This document shows, one piece after another, positions 59,317 to 64,000 of a DNA stretch of 64,000 bases. The notes under the pieces were generated by a model, which was given only the letters and a program-made list of their open reading frames with translations, searched no databases and was not told the origin of the DNA. The translations under genes were made by a program, and so were the position numbers. How positions within the stretch are numbered: the stretch's first letter is position 1; every line of letters starts with the position of its first letter. The stretch comes from Eledone cirrhosa. Lineage: Eukaryota. The stretch is from NCBI GenBank assembly GCA_964016885.1, contig OZ024744.1, forward strand, positions 42,718,001-42,782,000, read 5' to 3'.

Positions 59317-60939
59317 ATTGTTATGTGTTGAGAGTATTATTATTATTGTTAATGGAAAACATAATAATAATAATACTCTCAGCACATGCACATTTGAACA
59401 TTACAGAAACAATTATCACAATACATCCATGATAAACTCATAATTTTAATACACAAACACCTTTGCCTGCTTGATATGCTTGTAAACCTATGTTATTTTA
59501 TGTGATACCTTTGCCATGCAGTAATTATATATACCTAGTACCATTGCTTGTTTCCTGCCTAACTGTCCTGTGTATGCCTAACACATTTGCACTCTCTATG
59601 CAGCTTTAATTATTATACTATTCTCTTGTAATCTCTGTCGCATGCATTCCACTCTGTAAATACGAAACTGTTGATGACAACATTAATATCCATGTATCTA
59701 TATGATTGTTCAGTTGAATAGGAAGTTAATTATATGAAGTAAAATAAATGATTTGATATATGACATACCTCTACGGTCTTGATATTTCAATTCCAGTATT
59801 GGCAGTGATTTATTTCATCAAATCTCAACATTTATATACCACAAATAATAATATGATAAACTTAAAGAAGAAAAGGACGTGGAGCGAATTAGTGATATAA
59901 GAGAGGGTGTAAAGAAGAGGAGATACAAGAAAAAATTAAGAAAAATAAAATAATAAAAAATACATATATAAATATTTAAATGAATAAATAAATGGGTGAA
60001 TAGAGGAAGAAATATATATAAAAAAGAAGAGAAAGAAGAAAGAAGAAATAACGACAAAAGAAATTATGGGGATTGATAGGTAGAAAAAACCGTTGTTTTC
60101 AAATATTAGGTCAATTGAGGCAACCAATCAGTTACCATAAACTATTGCATATCTCTAGTATTTGGTTATGGTTAAGCTAATTATACTTATATAATATATC
60201 AAAATTAATCAATATACATTACTTTCATAGCCGTCACATATTTATTTAATTAAAAATTTATATAATTTAATTTAACTTATTATAGATTTTAATTTCTGGT
60301 TTAGGTAATATATTCCATAAGTATTTTGTTACAACTTTTAAAAAAAATTATCTTTAAAGCATATTTAAATAATTATTAAACATGTATTGAAATATATATT
60401 AAAATACATGCATATATCATCTTTATAAAATCGTTTCAAATCTTTAATTATGATATAATTACAGGATTAAACTTTAGTTATATTTACTCTCAAAGGTTTT
60501 ATTTCGTTAATTTATATTACTTCAGTAATTACAAATTATTACAGTTTCCTTTTAAAGAAATTCTTATATTATTCAACTATATAATTTATGTCAAAAATTA
60601 AAATAACAAGCTATTCAAACAGAATAAAAATATTTACGAAGAATGTAAACAAAAGAAAGATAACTCATTCACCATATGTGAGCATTAAACAATATATCTA
60701 CTCTGAAATCTAGTGATATTTCTAAACCATAAATCAACAATTGTCAAATTAAATATTGAACTGTCCTGATCAAAACATAGGATACAGAGACTCATAATGA
60801 AATTATTATAATAGATAAAACATCAATACATTATTACTCCAGTAAGGCAAAAATTATAAATATATTTATAAAATTATTAATTGTCAATATTTTTTCGAAG
60901 CTTGTACAAAGCTTGGAATGTTTTACCGGTTCTATGATG

Positions 60940-61735
60940 GCAGCTGCTAAATAATTCATTCTTCTTGTTAATTAAATTATCATAATTTGTAATTATCAAT
61001 AGAGTCTCGAGATTGCAAATATTGCAATTTGGCAAATGGAAGCGTTCCGATAGGAATTGGCATTCTTTAATATTTAATATTCTTGTCCTTCAAAGACTAT
61101 ATTAATTGTGAGAGTGAAGTTGAAAATTTTTTGTCTGGTTTCGAAAAGGAATTTTTATAATTGTACCAACGAACCTTAAACCTAGATGAAGTGGCACCAA
61201 TGTAGTTATATATATTATTATTTGTCTTAATTGTGCATTTATATACTAGATTCTTGTCAAGGCAGTTATTTTGTAAGGGACATTCTGACTTCCTTCTACA
61301 GTTACATTTCTTCCCGATATTATTTATATACCCTAAACTATTCATATTATTATTATTATTATTATCTAAAGATGTTCTACTATTATTCGTATTTAAGCTA
61401 TTATTATTTTTTATTGCCATTAAGTAATGTATTATTATTATTATTGTTATTATCGCTATTTATATGTTGGTTCAAATTAAGATTTTTACTATTTATTTTT
61501 GCTATATTTTGTGTAATATTCATAGTTGTTGAATAAGAGAGTTTAACTGTATGTCTATTGAAGATAGAGTAATATTTATGTGATCTAGGGAAGCATTTAC
61601 CCAAGGCTTTAAAAAATAAGTGTGCTAAAGGTGTTTTAATAGCTAAAGATGCTGGCGGGGCATACCAAATTATAGATCTAGTTCTTATTTCTTTCCCAGA
61701 TTTATTCCTCAAGTTGTTGTTTTTATAGTCAATAT
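60940..61735 (-). pseudogene. Naiad-type PLE GIY-YIG fragment
   Basis: IIWYAPPASLAIKTPLA, CNCRRKSECPLQNNCLDKNLVYKC..YIGATSSRFKVRWYN. Confidence 0.88.
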
Positions 61736-61753
61736 TATTATTATTATTATTAT

Positions 61754-62444
61754 TTGCATTTATCTTGCTTTATGTTCATACGAGTTATCACCAAGTCACA
61801 ACCAGTGACCTCAAGAGACAACAAGGTCCGCCATGTTCAAGAAAGAACATACATATTCACACATGCATCCTTAGTGTTTAGACTTGTGATGTACTTATAT
61901 TGACAGAATCTTCCTTAGTATATGGGCAGTTCCCATTAGTACTATCTTTTGTATTTCTCCTATACGCGGGTTTCCTGGGATTTGCGATAAGTAGTCGTTA
62001 GACCCCTTAGGTATCATTCCCAGAGCGCCTACAACCACTGGTATTGTTTTAGTTCTCAATTTCCACATTTTTCCAATTTCTATCTCCAGGTCCTTATACT
62101 TGCTCAATTTTTCAAATGTTTTTATAGATACATTTTTGTCTATTGGAACCGACATATCAATTAGCAGGCAAACCCTCCTTTGAAAGTCCTTCAATATTAT
62201 ATCAGGTCTATTTGCATCTATTTTTCGGTCTGTTTGGATGCTAAAGTTCCACAAGATTGAGATGTGATCTTTTTCAAGTATGGGAGGTGGTTGATGCTCC
62301 CACCAATTCTTTTGATGGGGCAGGTCAAAATGCTTACACTTATGCTTTCCAATGTATGTATTGTGCAGCTCTGTCATGCCTGTTTAGGTATTCGGTTGGA
62401 GCTATAGGACTGCACATTGAAATTATATGGTCAATGGTCTCTGG

Positions 62445-62446
<2 letters not shown>
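61754..62446 (-). mobile_element. R4/Dong-clade LINE 3' end within (TAA)n
   Basis: RLE domain ILWNFSIQTDRKIDANRPDII..LIDMSVP..K.SKY.DL..VVVGALG; (TTA)n on both sides. Confidence 0.85.
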
Positions 62447-62482
<36 letters not shown>

Positions 62483-62492
62483 GTTATTGTTA

Positions 62493-64000
62493 TTCCTTGA
62501 ATCTCAGTCATTGATGTTGGTTAACTGGAAAGTCCGTTGGATTGAATATCAAGCCACTACCTGCAGCCTCAGATATTCAGGACGTATCGGAGGGTTCTTG
62601 CCGTTCCAAGCAAGCATGCCTTTTGAAGCGTTCCAAAAAGCGTGAAGGGGCCGATTTTCTTTAACCATCCCTGGAAACCTTTGGAGATAGTCCCCAGTGC
62701 GCCTATGACAATCGGGATCACTTTGACTTCATGGCAGTTCCAAATCCTTTTCACCTCCCACTTTAGGTCCTGGTATCGGTTAATTTTCTCCCTCTCCTTC
62801 TCTTGCACTCTCGTGTCGAACGGGCAGGCCACATCCACAATCAGGCACGATCTTTTTTCTTTGTCCACAACCACCAGGTCAGGTCTATTGTGTTCCAGTT
62901 TTTTGTCCGTCTGTATCCTAAAATCCCACAGCACCTTCACCTGACTGTTCTCCATCACCGCCTCTGGCCTATGCTCATACCATTTCTCAGAATGTGGTAG
63001 ATTGTTTACTTTGCACAGGTGCCAGTGGATCACCCTGCCCATCACATCGTGTCTCCAGCCCTTATAGTGGGTCTGGGCTAGGTGTTTACACTCGGACACA
63101 ATGTGAGCCACAGTCTCCTCTCTCTCTCCACAGATCCTGCACAGTGGGCTAGCCTCCTCCTTGTAGATATGGTGCTTCAACCACTTCGTTTTGAGGGCCT
63201 GCTCCTGCGCAGCCATTAGCATTCCTTCTGTAGCCTTTTTGAGGTCTCCTCTTCTCAACCAGTTCCATGTCTGTGGATCTCTAAATTCAGTTTTCTCAAA
63301 GAAGGTACTATGAAGGGATTTTCCCTTAAGGCTGCTCTTCCTCCTTGATGTTATTTCCTCCTTGGGTATCCCCTGGCCTACTGTCCCCTCCTTCAGTACA
63401 GCTCTGAGCATTGGCTCCTTACTATAGGTCACGTATTTGTATAGGTTGTTTTTCTCCATCTGAACACAGTCCTCTATGCTGATAAGACCTCTTCCACCCT
63501 CAGATCTCCTTAGGTAGAGTCTATCGACATCACTCCTCTTGTGGAACATGTTGTAGATAGTCAATAGCTTCCTAGTCTTCCTATCCATTTCTTTTTGTTC
63601 AGCAACATTCCATCTCAGAATTCCCGCACTGTACCTAATAATAGACACAGCTCGGGAATTTACTGCGCTTATGGCATTTCTGCTGTTCAGATGTGACTTC
63701 AATACGCTCCTTACTCTCCGAATGTATTCAGTTCTTAACAATTCCTTCATTTTTTTGTTCTTTATGCCATCAGCCTCCAGAACGCCCAAATACTTGTATC
63801 CTTCCTCAGAGTCAATTTCCTTTATCATCTCACCTGTTGGTATCTGGATCCCGTTACTTCTGCTCAACCTACCCCTCCTCATCACAATGACTCCACATTT
63901 ACCAATACCAAACTGCATACATATATCACTGCTGAAAATACGGACAGTGTCAACAAGCACATCCAACTCCTTCTCACTTTTCCCGAAGAGCTTAAGATCG
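62493..64000 (-). mobile_element. R4/Dong-clade LINE, continues beyond the window
   Basis: 3' end abuts (TAA)n. Confidence 0.88.
62569..64000 (-). CDS. R4/Dong RT C-terminus, CCHC finger and restriction-like endonuclease (open frame)
   Basis: YKYLGV, RLYLRRSEGGRGL, CRICGEREETVAHIVSEC, RHD, HNRPDLVVVD, IVIGALG; 465+ aa without stops. Confidence 0.9.
   Translation of the reverse strand, partial: DLKLFGKSEKELDVLVDTVRIFSSDICMQFGIGKCGVIVMRRGRLSRSNGIQIPTGEMIKEIDSEEGYKYLGVLEADGIKNKKMKELLRTEYIRRVRSVLKSHLNSRNAISAVNSRAVSIIRYSAGILRWNVAEQKEMDRKTRKLLTIYNMFHKRSDVDRLYLRRSEGGRGLISIEDCVQMEKNNLYKYVTYSKEPMLRAVLKEGTVGQGIPKEEITSRRKSSLKGKSLHSTFFEKTEFRDPQTWNWLRRGDLKKATEGMLMAAQEQALKTKWLKHHIYKEEASPLCRICGEREETVAHIVSECKHLAQTHYKGWRHDVMGRVIHWHLCKVNNLPHSEKWYEHRPEAVMENSQVKVLWDFRIQTDKKLEHNRPDLVVVDKEKRSCLIVDVACPFDTRVQEKEREKINRYQDLKWEVKRIWNCHEVKVIPIVIGALGTISKGFQGWLKKIGPFTLFGTLQKACLLGTARTLRYVLNI

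Noticed and set aside
59340-60940. AT-rich stretch left of the 61-kb Naiad fragment
   Set aside because: Possibly its 3' UTR, but I found no HHR, repeat or boundary to support a call

Overview
AT-rich eukaryotic repeat region with no recognisable host gene. It is probably cephalopod (octopus-like), inferred from the SINE types and the extreme (TA)n content. The window is a chain of (TA)n microsatellites separated by mobile-element insertions. These include at least 11 Penelope-like element (PLE) copies or fragments (six Naiad-type, one near-complete Penelope/Poseidon-type with direct terminal repeats), a Ty3/Gypsy LTR element, a Chapaev3-type DNA transposon with intact TIRs and TAA TSD, a non-autonomous Helitron, L1/Tx1, CR1, RTE and R4/Dong LINEs, and tRNA-derived SINEs. 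The main hidden signal is RNA structure: by eye I find about 23 type I hammerhead ribozyme (HHR) motifs with intact cores, plus several degenerate ones. They include a tandem array of about 4.6 apparently identical 310-bp HHR monomers (retrozyme-like), other terminally redundant non-coding HHR monomers (about 438, 534 and 630 bp), a recurrent U3-A8 compensatory core variant, and long fold-back palindromes whose two arms share private mutations. All YIYI-type ORFs are microsatellite artefacts. All folds were made by hand, not computed.
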